Positions 9,174 through 19,639 of a stretch of DNA of 64,000 nucleotides are shown here, piece by piece. A program made the position numbers and the translations under genes. Under the pieces are notes generated by a model. The model did not search any database and had not been told where the DNA came from. It was given only the letters and a program-made list of their open reading frames with translations. Origin of the DNA: an uncultured Acidobacteriota bacterium (GTDB lineage Bacteria; Acidobacteriota; UBA6911); assembly GCA_963843575.1 (NCBI GenBank), contig CAWJKZ010000015.1, positions 160,001-224,000 on the forward strand, given 5' to 3'. How positions within the stretch are numbered: position 1 is the first letter of the stretch; each line of letters starts with the position of its first letter.

Positions 9174-11066
9174 ATGAAGCAGCAAACCACGCGGCGCGAG
9201 TTCCTCGCGGTCGCGACGGCGCTGGTCTCCAAGCCCGCGCAGGACGCTTCGAAGGCTTCGAGACCCAACATTCTCTGGATTGTCAGCGAAGACAACTTCC
9301 CTTACATCGGCGCCTACGGCGATCCGGTCGCCCGCACTCCGGTCATCGATGCCCTGGCCAGGGACGGCATCCTCTACGAGCACTGTTTCTCGCAGGCGCC
9401 CGTCTGCGCCCCGTCTCGATTCACGTTGATCAGCGGCATGTACGCGACGAGCTGCGGGCCGGCGAGCCACATGCGTGCTTCCGGCAAAGGGCCCACCGCC
9501 TTGCGCGGTTTTCCCGCGTACCTGCGTGAGGCAGGCTACTACTGCAGCAACAACGCCAAGACCGACTACAACGCGTCCATCGATCTCAAAGACGCATGGG
9601 ACGAGTCGGGCAAGTCCGGGCACTGGCGCAAGCGCCCCGCGGGGAAGCCCTTCTTCGCCGTCTTCAACTACGAGGTCACCCACGAAAGCCAGATCTTTCC
9701 GGAGGCGCAGGCCCGGCAGACCCCGCTGGCGCGGCCGACGGATCCCGCCGGTGTGCGGCTTCCTGCCTACATTCCCGACGCCCCGGAGACGCGGCGAGAC
9801 CGAGCCCATTACTACGACCAGATGGCGCGCCTGGACGCCCTCATCGGGGAGAGGCTCAAGGAACTCGAGGCGGACGGACTCGCCGACGACACCATCGTGT
9901 TCTACTACAGCGACAACGGCGGAGTGCTCCCCCGCTCCAAGCGGTTCACCTACGACAGCGGCCTTCACGTGGCGCTGATCGTGCGGTTTCCACCGAAGTG
10001 GAAACACCTGGCCCCAGCTGCCGCGAGAACCCGGATCGCCGCTCCGGTTTCGTTCGTCGACTTCGCACCGACGGTCCTGTCGCTCGCGGGGGTCAACCCC
10101 CCGTCCTATTTCCAGGGGAGACCGTTTGCCGGCCCCGGCGCGGCCCCGCGCGAGTACGCCTTTTCGTTTCGCGACCGTATGGACGAGCGCTACGACATGT
10201 CGCGGACGGTGCGCGACCGGCGCTTCCGCTACATCCGGAACTACAAGCCGCACCTGATCTGGGGCCAGCACATCGAATACATGTGGCAGCAGGCCGGTGT
10301 GGCCCTCTGGGAGAGGCTCTACCGCGCGGGCAAACTGGATGCGACGCAGCGGCGGTTTTGGGAAGAGAAGCCCGAGGAAGAACTGTATGACCTGTCGGCC
10401 GACCCGGATGAGGTTCGCAACCTCGCGGGGGATCCCGCCCACCGGGACCGCGTGGCGCGCATGCGACGTGCGCTCGAGTCCCACATGCTGGAGATCCGCG
10501 ACAACGGGTTCGTCCCCGAAGGTTCACCACTCGAGGGTTACGAGCCGACCCGGGACCGCAGGGCTTATCCGCTGGAGGAGATCCTCGTCGTCGCAGACGC
10601 GGCCACGCGCCGCGACCCGGCCGGTATCCCCCGCCTGATCCGTTGGATGGGGCACGATCACGAGTGTGTTCGCTACTGGGCGGCGCTGGGTTGCGTCATG
10701 CTAAAAGACAACGCGGCCCAGGCGGCCGGTGAGCTGGCCCGCCTGCTGCGCGACCCTTCCCCGTCGGTGCGGGTTGCGTCGGCAGAGGCACTGTGCTACG
10801 CCGGACGCGCCGACGAAGGGGTCGCGGCCCTCAGGGAAGCGCTCGCGCACGACAACGGCAGTGTGAGGCTGCAGGCCGCCAATGCGTTGGAGAATATCGG
10901 GGACCGTGCTCTGCCGGCGCTGCCGGACCTCGAAAGGTCGCAATCCGACGCCGACAACTACGTCTGCCGGGCCGTAATCCACACCGTGTCGAAACTCAAG
11001 GCTCGACGCAGCAGCCCTTCGGCAAGCCCTCAAGTGGGTCAGGGCTTCAGCCCGGACGCTGTTTGA
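9174..11066 (+). CDS. Tat-exported sulfatase with C-terminal HEAT repeats
   Basis: TRREFL Tat motif; RPNILWI; CAPSR formylglycine motif; SDNG; HEAT-like VRYWAA/VRVASA/VRLQAA repeats. Confidence 0.9.
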   Translation: MKQQTTRREFLAVATALVSKPAQDASKASRPNILWIVSEDNFPYIGAYGDPVARTPVIDALARDGILYEHCFSQAPVCAPSRFTLISGMYATSCGPASHMRASGKGPTALRGFPAYLREAGYYCSNNAKTDYNASIDLKDAWDESGKSGHWRKRPAGKPFFAVFNYEVTHESQIFPEAQARQTPLARPTDPAGVRLPAYIPDAPETRRDRAHYYDQMARLDALIGERLKELEADGLADDTIVFYYSDNGGVLPRSKRFTYDSGLHVALIVRFPPKWKHLAPAAARTRIAAPVSFVDFAPTVLSLAGVNPPSYFQGRPFAGPGAAPREYAFSFRDRMDERYDMSRTVRDRRFRYIRNYKPHLIWGQHIEYMWQQAGVALWERLYRAGKLDATQRRFWEEKPEEELYDLSADPDEVRNLAGDPAHRDRVARMRRALESHMLEIRDNGFVPEGSPLEGYEPTRDRRAYPLEEILVVADAATRRDPAGIPRLIRWMGHDHECVRYWAALGCVMLKDNAAQAAGELARLLRDPSPSVRVASAEALCYAGRADEGVAALREALAHDNGSVRLQAANALENIGDRALPALPDLERSQSDADNYVCRAVIHTVSKLKARRSSPSASPQVGQGFSPDAV

Positions 11067-11139
11067 GGCGCCATGCGGTGCGCCGATTGCTATCTAGCAC
11101 AGACAAGAGACGTCCGGGCTAAAGCCCGGACCCACTTGT
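11031..11139. repeat. REPIN-like element, family A
   Basis: CAAGTGGGTCAGGGCTTCAGCCCGGAC...GTCCGGGCTAAAGCCCGGACCCACTTG between convergent genes. Confidence 0.85.
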
Positions 11140-11149
11140 TGTGCGTTTC

Positions 11150-12085
11150 CTAGCCCAGGTGTTTGAGGGTCAGGTCGAGCAGGGTGCGCGTGCCCGCGTA
11201 GGGTTCCCCGGCGCCTTCCCACTCCATCGAGTAGTAACCTCGGTACCCGCTGGCCTTGGCGATCTGGAAACAGCGGGTCACGTCGACGGTGAAGAGCTTG
11301 TCCTTGTCCCCCACCTCGGAGTCCTTCACGTGCGCGATGTTGTAGGCCCGCGTGAACAGGGCGCGTAGCGCGCGGTCGTTGAACTCCTGGTCGTGGGTCA
11401 GCATCGAGTTGCAGAAATCGGGCAGGGCCCGCAGGTAAGGGTTGTTCACCTTCTCGAGGACCTGCATGAGGAAGAACGGGTCCTCGGTGAAGTTGTCGTC
11501 GTTTTCCAGGTTGGCCACGACGTTGCGGGTGGCCGCATAGTCCGCGACCTGTCTCAAGCTCTGCACGGTCGGATCAACGGCGGGTTTCTCCCCCTTGGCG
11601 CCGGCGACGTGCAGCCGGAGCGACGGACACCCGAGGGCGACGGCGATATCGATCCACTTCCGGCTGTTCGCCACCGCCTTGTCGCGCTGCGCTGGGGCCG
11701 GATCGTAGTAACTCGCCCCGGGGTCGACCGGGAGGTTGATGATCCTGGCCCCGGCCTTCTCGGTGGCCGTCCGGAGCTCGCGCAGATAAGCGGCATCCGT
11801 GGAGCGGAAGTGCTGATCGAGAGGCTCGATGTTGTGGACGGAAAACCTGGAGACCACCATGGCGCCGAAATCCTTCAGGTCCATCCCGGGCAGTTTCGGG
11901 TTGCGCGCCCACTTGTTCCCGGGGGCCTCGATAAAGGCGCGGAACGGCCAGGACGCGACGGACAGCCGATCGCGGATTGCGGCCGGGAACTTCATGTCCG
12001 GCCCGGTGGCGGCCGACAGGACGCGGCCCGCTACGGCGGCGGCCGCGGATTGCTTCAGGAAGGTGCGACGGGAGAAGTGCGGCAT
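11150..12085 (-). CDS. Tat-exported sugar phosphate isomerase/epimerase (xylose-isomerase-like TIM barrel)
   Basis: MPHFSRRTFLK Tat motif; LEN, PDFCN, HVKD and SMEWE metal-ligand motifs. Confidence 0.8.
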   Translation of the reverse strand: MPHFSRRTFLKQSAAAAVAGRVLSAATGPDMKFPAAIRDRLSVASWPFRAFIEAPGNKWARNPKLPGMDLKDFGAMVVSRFSVHNIEPLDQHFRSTDAAYLRELRTATEKAGARIINLPVDPGASYYDPAPAQRDKAVANSRKWIDIAVALGCPSLRLHVAGAKGEKPAVDPTVQSLRQVADYAATRNVVANLENDDNFTEDPFFLMQVLEKVNNPYLRALPDFCNSMLTHDQEFNDRALRALFTRAYNIAHVKDSEVGDKDKLFTVDVTRCFQIAKASGYRGYYSMEWEGAGEPYAGTRTLLDLTLKHLG

Positions 12086-12134
12086 GTTTCGGGCTCCTTT
12101 CACGGTTGGAGTTCGTCCGTTGCGCGACATCCGG

Positions 12135-12968
12135 CTACTGGGCGGCCCTGTGCATGGCGCTCCACTTCTGCTGCCCGGAGCCGGTCGGCGGTCTGGTGAT
12201 GCCTTCGATCGAGTCGCCCACGACGCGCCCGTCATACTGGCGCGGGACGTTTCCGGCGACGAAACTGATGTGGTCCCCTTCCAGTTTCCCGTCCTTTATC
12301 GAAATCGCCTTGCCGTCGACCTTGAGGGTGCCGTCGATCTTCTGGAACGTCTGCCTGAGGGTCAGTTCGGCGTCCCCCGCCTCGGTGTGCCACGTCCAGG
12401 TGCCCTGGACTTTTGCGGGTACGACCCAGAAGTAGGCCGTGCGTCCCTCAACCTCGATGGTCTGGTCGGGTTCCCACTCCTCCATGGAGAAGGCGTGCGC
12501 GACCACCCTGGTGCCCGGCTTCATGTCGAGGATCTTCGGCCGCAGCCGCAGGTTGAGGTCAGGAAGCAGGTACATGGTGATGACGGTTGCCTTGCTGAAG
12601 TCGGCTTCGAAAATGTCCGCGCGCATGAAGTCCGCCTTCCCGGCGACGCCCTCTTTCTCCGCATTGTGCTTGGAAAGCTCGACCATGTCGGGGTTGTACT
12701 CGATGCCGAGGCCGCGGGTGCCGCGCTTGGCCGCCGCGATCACGATGCGCCCGTCCCCCGAACCGAGGTCGATCAGGTAGTCGCTCGGAGTCAGCTTCGC
12801 CATGTCCAGCATCGCGGACACGAGTTCCGGCGGGGTCGGGACCCAGATCACATCCTTGCCCTCCTGCCCCACGCTGGGCTGGTACTCCTGCGCGGCTGCG
12901 GGTTGGGGGAATGAAACGAGGAGCAGGGCCAGGGCGGCGACGACAATTGTTGAGGTCTTTTCTTGCAT
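12135..12968 (-). CDS. Class I SAM-dependent methyltransferase with a signal peptide
   Basis: VIWVPTP, DLGSGDGRI and ATVITMYL motifs. Confidence 0.85.
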   Translation of the reverse strand: MQEKTSTIVVAALALLLVSFPQPAAAQEYQPSVGQEGKDVIWVPTPPELVSAMLDMAKLTPSDYLIDLGSGDGRIVIAAAKRGTRGLGIEYNPDMVELSKHNAEKEGVAGKADFMRADIFEADFSKATVITMYLLPDLNLRLRPKILDMKPGTRVVAHAFSMEEWEPDQTIEVEGRTAYFWVVPAKVQGTWTWHTEAGDAELTLRQTFQKIDGTLKVDGKAISIKDGKLEGDHISFVAGNVPRQYDGRVVGDSIEGITRPPTGSGQQKWSAMHRAAQ

Positions 12969-13082
12969 GGTGGGTAGCTTCTCCCTTCAGAATATTGGCT
13001 CGCGACCGAAATTCTAGCACGAACGCGCCTTGGTCGGACGGCAGGCGCGTGCTTTTAAGGGGCTGCCGGCGTCCCGGTCGTC

Positions 13083-14411
13083 TCACCAGAACAGCGCCTG
13101 CATGCCGAGCACGATCAGGATGCCCACAAGCGACGTGACGACCTTCATGACCGTCCACGAGCGCAGGGTCTGGGGTACCGACATCCCGAAAGACTGGTTG
13201 ACGAGCCAGAATCCGGCGTCGTTCACGTGCGACAGCACGGTGCCGCCGCAGGAGAGGGCGAGGAGGATCATCTCCGGTGTGTATCCCTGGACGTCCTTCA
13301 CGAGCGGGGCGACGATCCCTGCGGCTGTGATGATCGCGACGGTGGCTGACCCTTGCGCTACGCGCATCGCCGCAGCCACGATGTAGGCGACGATGAGCGG
13401 GGAAATGGCGGAAGCCGCCAGCACCTGTCCGGCGTAGGGGCCCACGCCGCAGTCGATGATGACCTGCTTGAACGCTCCGCCTCCCCCCATGATCGCCAGC
13501 AGTGCGCCCATGGGGGCCAGCGACTCGGCGCTCAGGCGCGCCACGTCCGCGCGGCTCAGCCCGGCCTTGAATCCGAAGACGCACATGGCCGACAGGGCGG
13601 TCACGGTCAAGGCCGTGAACGGGTGGCCCAGGAACCCGAGCACCGTCCGCCCGGGACTGCCGCTGATTTCGGTGACCGTCGCCGCCAGGATGAGGAGCAC
13701 CGGCAGGACCAGGTGGAACACCACGGTGCCGACATGCGGTGCCGCTTCGTCGGGCGCTTTGTCCGGGGAGGCGTGCGCAGGGACCGGGATGAACAGTCTT
13801 TTCGCGATCCAGGTGCCGTAGAAGATCCCTCCGGCAATGGCCATCGGGATCGAAACGGCGATCCCATACAGGATTGCGCGGCCGAGATCCGCGCCCAGCA
13901 ATTGCGCCGCCGCCGCCGGAGCCGGGTGCGGGGGGACCATGGCGTGGGTGACGGTGAGCGCCGCCGCGATGGGCAAGCCATAATAGAGAAGCGACTTCTT
14001 CGATTCCCGGGCAAGGCTCCAGGCCAGCGGGACCAGGATCACGAAACCGACCTCGAAGAAGATGGGCAGCCCGACCAGGAACGCCGCGGTCAGCACCGCC
14101 CACACCGCATGCTCCCGGCCGAACCGCCGCAACAACCAGTCGGCCAGCACGCGTCCGCCGCCGGAGTGCTCCAGCATGCGCCCGACGATCGCGCCAAGCG
14201 CGACCACGACCGCGATGAAGCCGAGGGCATCGCCGAATCCCGCCTGGATCGATTTGAGCACCTTGGCCGGCGGCATCCCCGTGGCAAGCCCCAGCGCCAT
14301 GCTGGTCAGCAGGAGCGCGACGAATGCGTGCAGCTTCAGGTAGAGGATGAGGAACAGCAGCAGGACGATAGATCCCAGGGTGAGCAGTATCAGAACATTT
14401 CCAGCGGCCAT
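13083..14411 (-). CDS. gntP: GntP-family gluconate:H+ symporter
   Basis: Multiple TM segments; VPPHPAP, QGSATVA and SHVNDAGFW motifs. Confidence 0.9.
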   Translation of the reverse strand: MAAGNVLILLTLGSIVLLLFLILYLKLHAFVALLLTSMALGLATGMPPAKVLKSIQAGFGDALGFIAVVVALGAIVGRMLEHSGGGRVLADWLLRRFGREHAVWAVLTAAFLVGLPIFFEVGFVILVPLAWSLARESKKSLLYYGLPIAAALTVTHAMVPPHPAPAAAAQLLGADLGRAILYGIAVSIPMAIAGGIFYGTWIAKRLFIPVPAHASPDKAPDEAAPHVGTVVFHLVLPVLLILAATVTEISGSPGRTVLGFLGHPFTALTVTALSAMCVFGFKAGLSRADVARLSAESLAPMGALLAIMGGGGAFKQVIIDCGVGPYAGQVLAASAISPLIVAYIVAAAMRVAQGSATVAIITAAGIVAPLVKDVQGYTPEMILLALSCGGTVLSHVNDAGFWLVNQSFGMSVPQTLRSWTVMKVVTSLVGILIVLGMQALFW

Positions 14412-14477
14412 GGCCCCCTAATCTGCCACGTGATTGCCCACATCGCGAGGGAAATGTGGTGCCGGCACTGTGAAATG

Positions 14478-14926
14478 ACAAGTGGGTCCGGGCTTCAACC
14501 CGGACGCTGTTTGCGGTCGCTATAGCGTGCGCCCGTCGCTACATAGATTAAATTAAAAGACGTCCGGGCTGAAGCCCGGACCCACTTGTTTTGCGGCCAG
14601 GGCGGGCGGTTCGACCGTTGGACAGCCTCTTCAGCCCGGACGCTGTCTGCGGTCGCTATAGCGTGCGCCCGTCGCTACATAGATCAAATTAAAAGACGTC
14701 CGGGCTGAAGCCCGGCCCCACTTGTTTTGCGGCCAGGGCGGGCGGTTCGACCGTTGGACAGCCTCTTCAGCCCGGACACTGTTTGCGGTCGCTATAACGT
14801 GCGCCCGTCGCTACATAGATCAAATCAAAAGACGTCCGGGCTCAAGCCCGGACCCACTTGTTTTACGGGCAGGGCGGTTGGTTCGACCGTTGGACAGCCT
14901 CCTCAGCCCGGACGCCGTTTGCGGTC
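14478..14926. repeat. Tandem array (~3.2 x 136 bp) of the family A REPIN unit
   Basis: TATAGCGTGC/TATAACGTGC recurs at 14521, 14657 and 14793 (period 136); each unit carries GTCCGGGCTNAAGCCCGG. Confidence 0.9.
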
Positions 14927-15023
14927 ACTCCGCCATGTCTTGCGGAATCCGGGGGCTCAACTGTGATATCTTTCGTTCTCCAAATTTCAATGCGCGGCGA
15001 CGCGGATTCCGGTGGAGGATCCC

Positions 15024-15791
15024 GTGCGACACAACAGCACGAAAGAGAAGCTGAACAACGGCGAGACTGTCTATGGTGTTTTTGTGCGGTATCCGAACGC
15101 TACCCTGGTGGAGGTCCTGGGTTACTTCGGGTGGGACTACATCGTTTTCGACGGAGAGCACGGCACGATCGAGCCCGCGGATTGCGAACAGATGGTGCGC
15201 GCGGCCGAGCTGCAGGGCGTCACCCCCATCATCCGCGTTCCGGTCAATCAGCCGCACGTGATCCTCAGGTTCATGGACACCGGAGCCCACGGCCTGCACG
15301 TACCCATGGTCAAGTCGGCGGCCGACGCCGAGGCCGTCGTGCAGGCGGTGAAATACCAGCCGCGCGGGTCACGCGGGCTGGCGGCGATCCGTGCGGCGGA
15401 TTACGCTCAGCGGCTCCCGTTCGCCTTCGGCGAGTACATCGCGCGGGCCAATTCGGAGACCCTGGTCGTCGCCCACATCGAGACGGGCGACTCGGTCGCG
15501 CGCCTGCCCGAGATCCTCGCCGTCGAAGGGCTGGATGTCGCCTTCCTCGGCCCGACCGACCTCTCCAACTCGCTGGGGCACCCCGGGGAGGCGCAGCACC
15601 CGGAGGTGCAGGCGGCGTTCGAACGTTTCGCCGGCGCGCTGAAGGACTCCCGCGTGGCCTTGGGCGTGATGGTGCCGAACGTCGAGGCGGCTCGCCTCTG
15701 GAAGGCGCGCGGGGCCCGCTACATTTCGGTGGCCTTCGAGTCGGTGCTCGCACCGGCCTGCCGCAACTATCTGAAAGCCGCCCGCGCTTAG
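15024..15791 (+). CDS. HpcH/HpaI-family aldolase
   Basis: DGEHG, HIET and FLGPTDLS motifs; GGAGG RBS before GTG 15024. Confidence 0.88.
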   Translation: MRHNSTKEKLNNGETVYGVFVRYPNATLVEVLGYFGWDYIVFDGEHGTIEPADCEQMVRAAELQGVTPIIRVPVNQPHVILRFMDTGAHGLHVPMVKSAADAEAVVQAVKYQPRGSRGLAAIRAADYAQRLPFAFGEYIARANSETLVVAHIETGDSVARLPEILAVEGLDVAFLGPTDLSNSLGHPGEAQHPEVQAAFERFAGALKDSRVALGVMVPNVEAARLWKARGARYISVAFESVLAPACRNYLKAARA

Positions 15792-15840
15792 CGCCGACCG
15801 GCCTTCGCGGGCGCAATCATCCTGCTGAAAGGACTCTAAA

Positions 15841-16515
15841 ATGAGATTTCCGGTTTTCGCGATAACTGCGATTTTGCTCGCCGCCCTCGTCCTCGCCGCC
15901 GCCCCGGCCCAGCGGAAGGACCAGGACGGATTCATACCGCTCTTCAACGGTACGGACTTGAAGGGTTGGCAGCCGGCGACGAACTGGGCCGTCGAGGGCG
16001 GCCTGATCGTCCTCAAAGACCGCTCCGATCGCCAGGAACACAACGACAATTACCTCTGGACGCAACGGCAGTACGGCGACTTTGTCCTCGAACTCGACTT
16101 CCAGCCCAGCGAGGGCACCAACAGCGGCATATTCCTGCGCACATCGGACGTGAAGGACCCCGTCTACACGGGGATCGAGGTCCAGGTGGGCAGCCTCGTC
16201 GGCGCCCCGGCGAGAAAAAACCCGGTCGGGTCGATCTACGACCTCGTCCAACCCAAACCGGTCGACGTGAAGCCGGGCGAGTGGAGCCACTACGCCATCA
16301 CCTGCAAGGGAAGCAAAATCTCGGTCGTGCTGAACGGAACCCTGGTGAGCGAAATGGATCTGGACCAGTGGAGCGAGACGGCGAAGAACCCGGACGGCAC
16401 CCCGAACAAGTTCAAGAAGGCGCTGAAAGACTTTGCGCGCGTCGGGTACCTGGGGCTTCAGGACCACGGAACGCCGATCGCCTACCGCAATATTCGCATC
16501 AAGCCTCTGAAGTAA
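15841..16515 (+). CDS. DUF1080-family secreted protein
   Basis: LFNGTDLKGW, NSGIFLR and GLQDHG...YRNIRIK motifs. Confidence 0.85.
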   Translation: MRFPVFAITAILLAALVLAAAPAQRKDQDGFIPLFNGTDLKGWQPATNWAVEGGLIVLKDRSDRQEHNDNYLWTQRQYGDFVLELDFQPSEGTNSGIFLRTSDVKDPVYTGIEVQVGSLVGAPARKNPVGSIYDLVQPKPVDVKPGEWSHYAITCKGSKISVVLNGTLVSEMDLDQWSETAKNPDGTPNKFKKALKDFARVGYLGLQDHGTPIAYRNIRIKPLK

Positions 16516-16698
16516 TGGGAACGTGGGCGGGGGCGGCCCGCCCACGCCCGAATGAGCGAGAGCCGGGAAGGGGGCAGGACCCGGAGCGGACTTCCAGCAG
16601 AAGGGCCGCGCCGGGCCTTCGCAGCCTACCAGGATGTATGGGCTTGATTCTTCCGGCCGGTTTGGGCTGTTATAGAGTTAACTCAGAAAGGACTTCTT

Positions 16699-17331
16699 AT
16701 GGCGGATAATCCCGAAACCAAGAGCTGTCATTCCCAGCCGGGGCTGAGCCGCAGGGGCTTCCTGTCCTCGGTGGGGACAGGGGCTGTGGCGGTCTCGATC
16801 GGGGGTGCCGCGGCATCTCCCGCTCAGGAAATCGAAACGGTCAAGAACAGCGTCACCGTCAACCTGCGCATCAATGGGCTAGCGCGCAAGGTCGCGGTGG
16901 AGCCGCGGTGGTCCCTGCTGTTCGTGCTGCGCGAGATGCTCGGGCTCACCGGGACCAAGGTGGGCTGCGAACGCGGCGAATGCGGTGCCTGCACGGTGCT
17001 CATCGACGGGAAGCCCCGCTACGCCTGCGCGACGCTCGCGGTCGAGGCGGAAGGGCACGCGATCACCACCCTCGAGGGGCTGATGGACGGGGAGCAACTC
17101 GGACCGGTGCAACAGGCGTTTGCGGAAGAGGACGCCTTCCAGTGCGGATTCTGCACCCCTGGGCAGATCATGGCGGTCGAGGGCCTCCTGAGGCAGAAGC
17201 CCGACCCCACGGTCGAAGACATCCGGCTCGGCGTCAGCGGTAACCTGTGCCGCTGCGCCGCCTACAAGCACATCTTCAACGCCGGGCTGAAAGCGGCGCA
17301 ACTCCGCAAGGAGAAGGGAGGCCAGCTGTGA
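16699..17331 (+). CDS. Xanthine dehydrogenase-family 2Fe-2S subunit with Tat motif (PaoA/YagT-like)
   Basis: SRRGFL; GCERGECGAC; QCGFCTPG; NLCRC. Confidence 0.9.
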   Translation: MADNPETKSCHSQPGLSRRGFLSSVGTGAVAVSIGGAAASPAQEIETVKNSVTVNLRINGLARKVAVEPRWSLLFVLREMLGLTGTKVGCERGECGACTVLIDGKPRYACATLAVEAEGHAITTLEGLMDGEQLGPVQQAFAEEDAFQCGFCTPGQIMAVEGLLRQKPDPTVEDIRLGVSGNLCRCAAYKHIFNAGLKAAQLRKEKGGQL

Positions 17332-19636
17332 GCGACTTCTACGAAGATCTGGAAGAATCGTTGCGCCACGCCTATGAGCCTGCCACGCCAGCGCCCGACG
17401 ACAAGATCCAGCCGTGGGGCGAAACCCGGGTAGTCGGCAAGAGCCTGCCGCGCGTCGATGCCTACAATCGGGTCTCGGGAGCGGCCCAGTACACTCAGGA
17501 CGTGATCCTGCCCGACATGCTGTATGCGGCGGTCCTGCGCTGCCCTCACGCCAGCGCGTTGGTCAAGAGCGTCGACACGGCCGCCGCGGAGAAGATGCCG
17601 GGAGTGCTCGCCGTTCTGACGGGCAAGTCCCCGGGCACCGACATCCCGTGGTACGGGGCGAAGCCGCCGCAGAGCAAGCTTTTCGACCCCCGCTGCCGTT
17701 ACGAGGGGGAAGAAGTCGCGGCCGTCGCCGCGCAGACGCCCTACCAGGCCTGGGACGCGGTCAAGGCGATCAAGGTCGAGTACGAGCAGCTGCCGTTCGT
17801 GCTACGACGAGGCCAGCGCCCTCAAGCCGGGCGCCCCGAAGGTGCACGAGAGCGGCAACTCACTTGGCGAGCCGCGCGGGTTGAAACGGGGCGATGTCGA
17901 GAAGGGTTTCGCCGAGGCGGACGTCGTGCTCGAGGAGACGTTTTACACGAGCGTGCAGATCCACGTCCCGATGGAGACCCATTCTTCCGCGGTGAAGTGG
18001 GACGGCGACCAGCTCACCATCTGGGAGTCGTCGCAGGGCGTCTACGACGCGGTGCTTTTCCCGGCCGCGCGCGCCCTCGGGATGCCGTTCAACAAGGTCC
18101 GGGTGATCTGCAAGTACATGGGGGGCGGGTTTGGCTCGAAGCTGGAGCTTGGCAAGCACACCGTGATCGCCGCGCTCCTCTCGCGTAAGACCGGCCGGCC
18201 GGTGAAACTTGCGCTGACCCGCGAGGAGAGCCTGCTGTGTGTCGGCAACAGGCCCGACGCGAAAATGACGCTCAAGGCCGGGGTGAAGCAGGACGGCACC
18301 CTGACCGCGTTGAAGCTGACCAACCTGGGCACCCCGGGAGCCTACGCCGGCGGCACCAACGTCGGGTTCCAGGTTGGGGAACTCTACAAGTGCCCGAACG
18401 TCTCGATCAACGAGAGCTCGTTTTACATCAACGCCGGGCGCGGCCGTGCGTTCCGCGCTCCCGGGCTTCCCTCAGTGTTCCTGGGCGCTCGAACAGATGA
18501 TGGACATGCTCGCGGAAAAGATCGGCATGGACCCGGTGGCGTTCCGGCTCAAGAACTTCACCGACTTCAGCCAGACCCGCAACATGCCCTACACCAGCAC
18601 CGGGTTGCGGGAGTGTCTGACGGAGGGCTCCAGGGCGTTCGGCTGGCAGGAGGCCCGGGCGGCGCAGAAGAGCAGCGGGGCGGTCAAACGGGGTGTCGGC
18701 ATGGCGGCGGGCATGTGGCAGGGGGGCAACGGCAGCCCGCCATACACCGCCGAGGTGAAGATGTTCGCGGACGGCGGCGTGACCGTCAAGGTCGGGGCGA
18801 CCGACATCGGCACCGGCACCAAGAGCGCCTGCTGCATCGTGGCGGCCGAGGAACTGAACGTGCCGGTCGACAGCATCCGGATCGAGAACGCCGACACCGC
18901 GACGACGCCATACGGGCAGAACAGCGGCGGCAGCATGACGCTGCCGGGCGTCACCCCGGCGGTGCGCAAGGGTGCCTGGCTCGTCAAGCGCCAGGTGTTC
19001 GGTTGGGCGGCGGAAGCCCTCGGCGTCCCCGAGGACGACCTGGAACTGAAGGGGAACTCGATCTCCTCACGCAGCAACCCGGAAAAGAAGAAGACCGTCG
19101 AGGAAATCTTCCGCTCGAAGGGCGTGATGGACGTCATCGGCATCGGCAATCGCGACCCCAATCCGCCCAAGGCCACGATGCCGTTCGCCGCTCATTTCGC
19201 CGAGGTGGAGGTCAACACCAGGACCGGGGAGGTCAAGGTGTTGAGGCTGGTGGGGGCTAACGAGAGCGGCCGGGTCATCAACCGCAAGACCTTCGACAAT
19301 CAGGTTCTCGGCGGCATGGCCCAGGGTGTCGGGTTCGGACTGATGGAAAAGCGGGTCCTGGACCGGCAGACCGGGAAGATGTGCAACCTGAACATGCACG
19401 ACTACAAGGTGCCCACGGCGCTGGACGTGCCCGTGGATCACCGGGTTTTGGCGATCGATCCTAAGGACACAGAGTGCAACATCGTCGGGTGCAAGGGCTC
19501 CGGCGAGCCTGCGACGATCCCGACGGCCGCTGCGGTCGCCAACGCCATCTACAACGCCATCGGCGTCAGGCCGACGCACGGGCCGATCGATCCGAAGACG
19601 ATCCTTGATCTGCTCGGCAATCAGAAAAGAGGATGA
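17328..19636 (+). CDS. Xanthine dehydrogenase-family molybdopterin subunit, with two 1-nt insertions (~17805 and ~18463)
   Basis: Three consecutive frames give PRVDAY...VSG, GGGFGSK, AFRAPG/FPQ, DIGTG and KGSGE. Removing one base at each junction restores a single frame. Confidence 0.88.
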
Positions 19637-19639
19637 GCC

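Noticed and set aside
14478-14926. Possible CRISPR array
   Set aside because: The spacers are near-identical, the period is 136 bp, no cas genes are present, and the unit is dispersed elsewhere as REPINs.
17795-18475. Programmed ribosomal frameshifting in the Mo subunit and the other split genes
   Set aside because: No slippery heptamers, and these families are not known to recode; uniform +1 insertions fit sequencing error.
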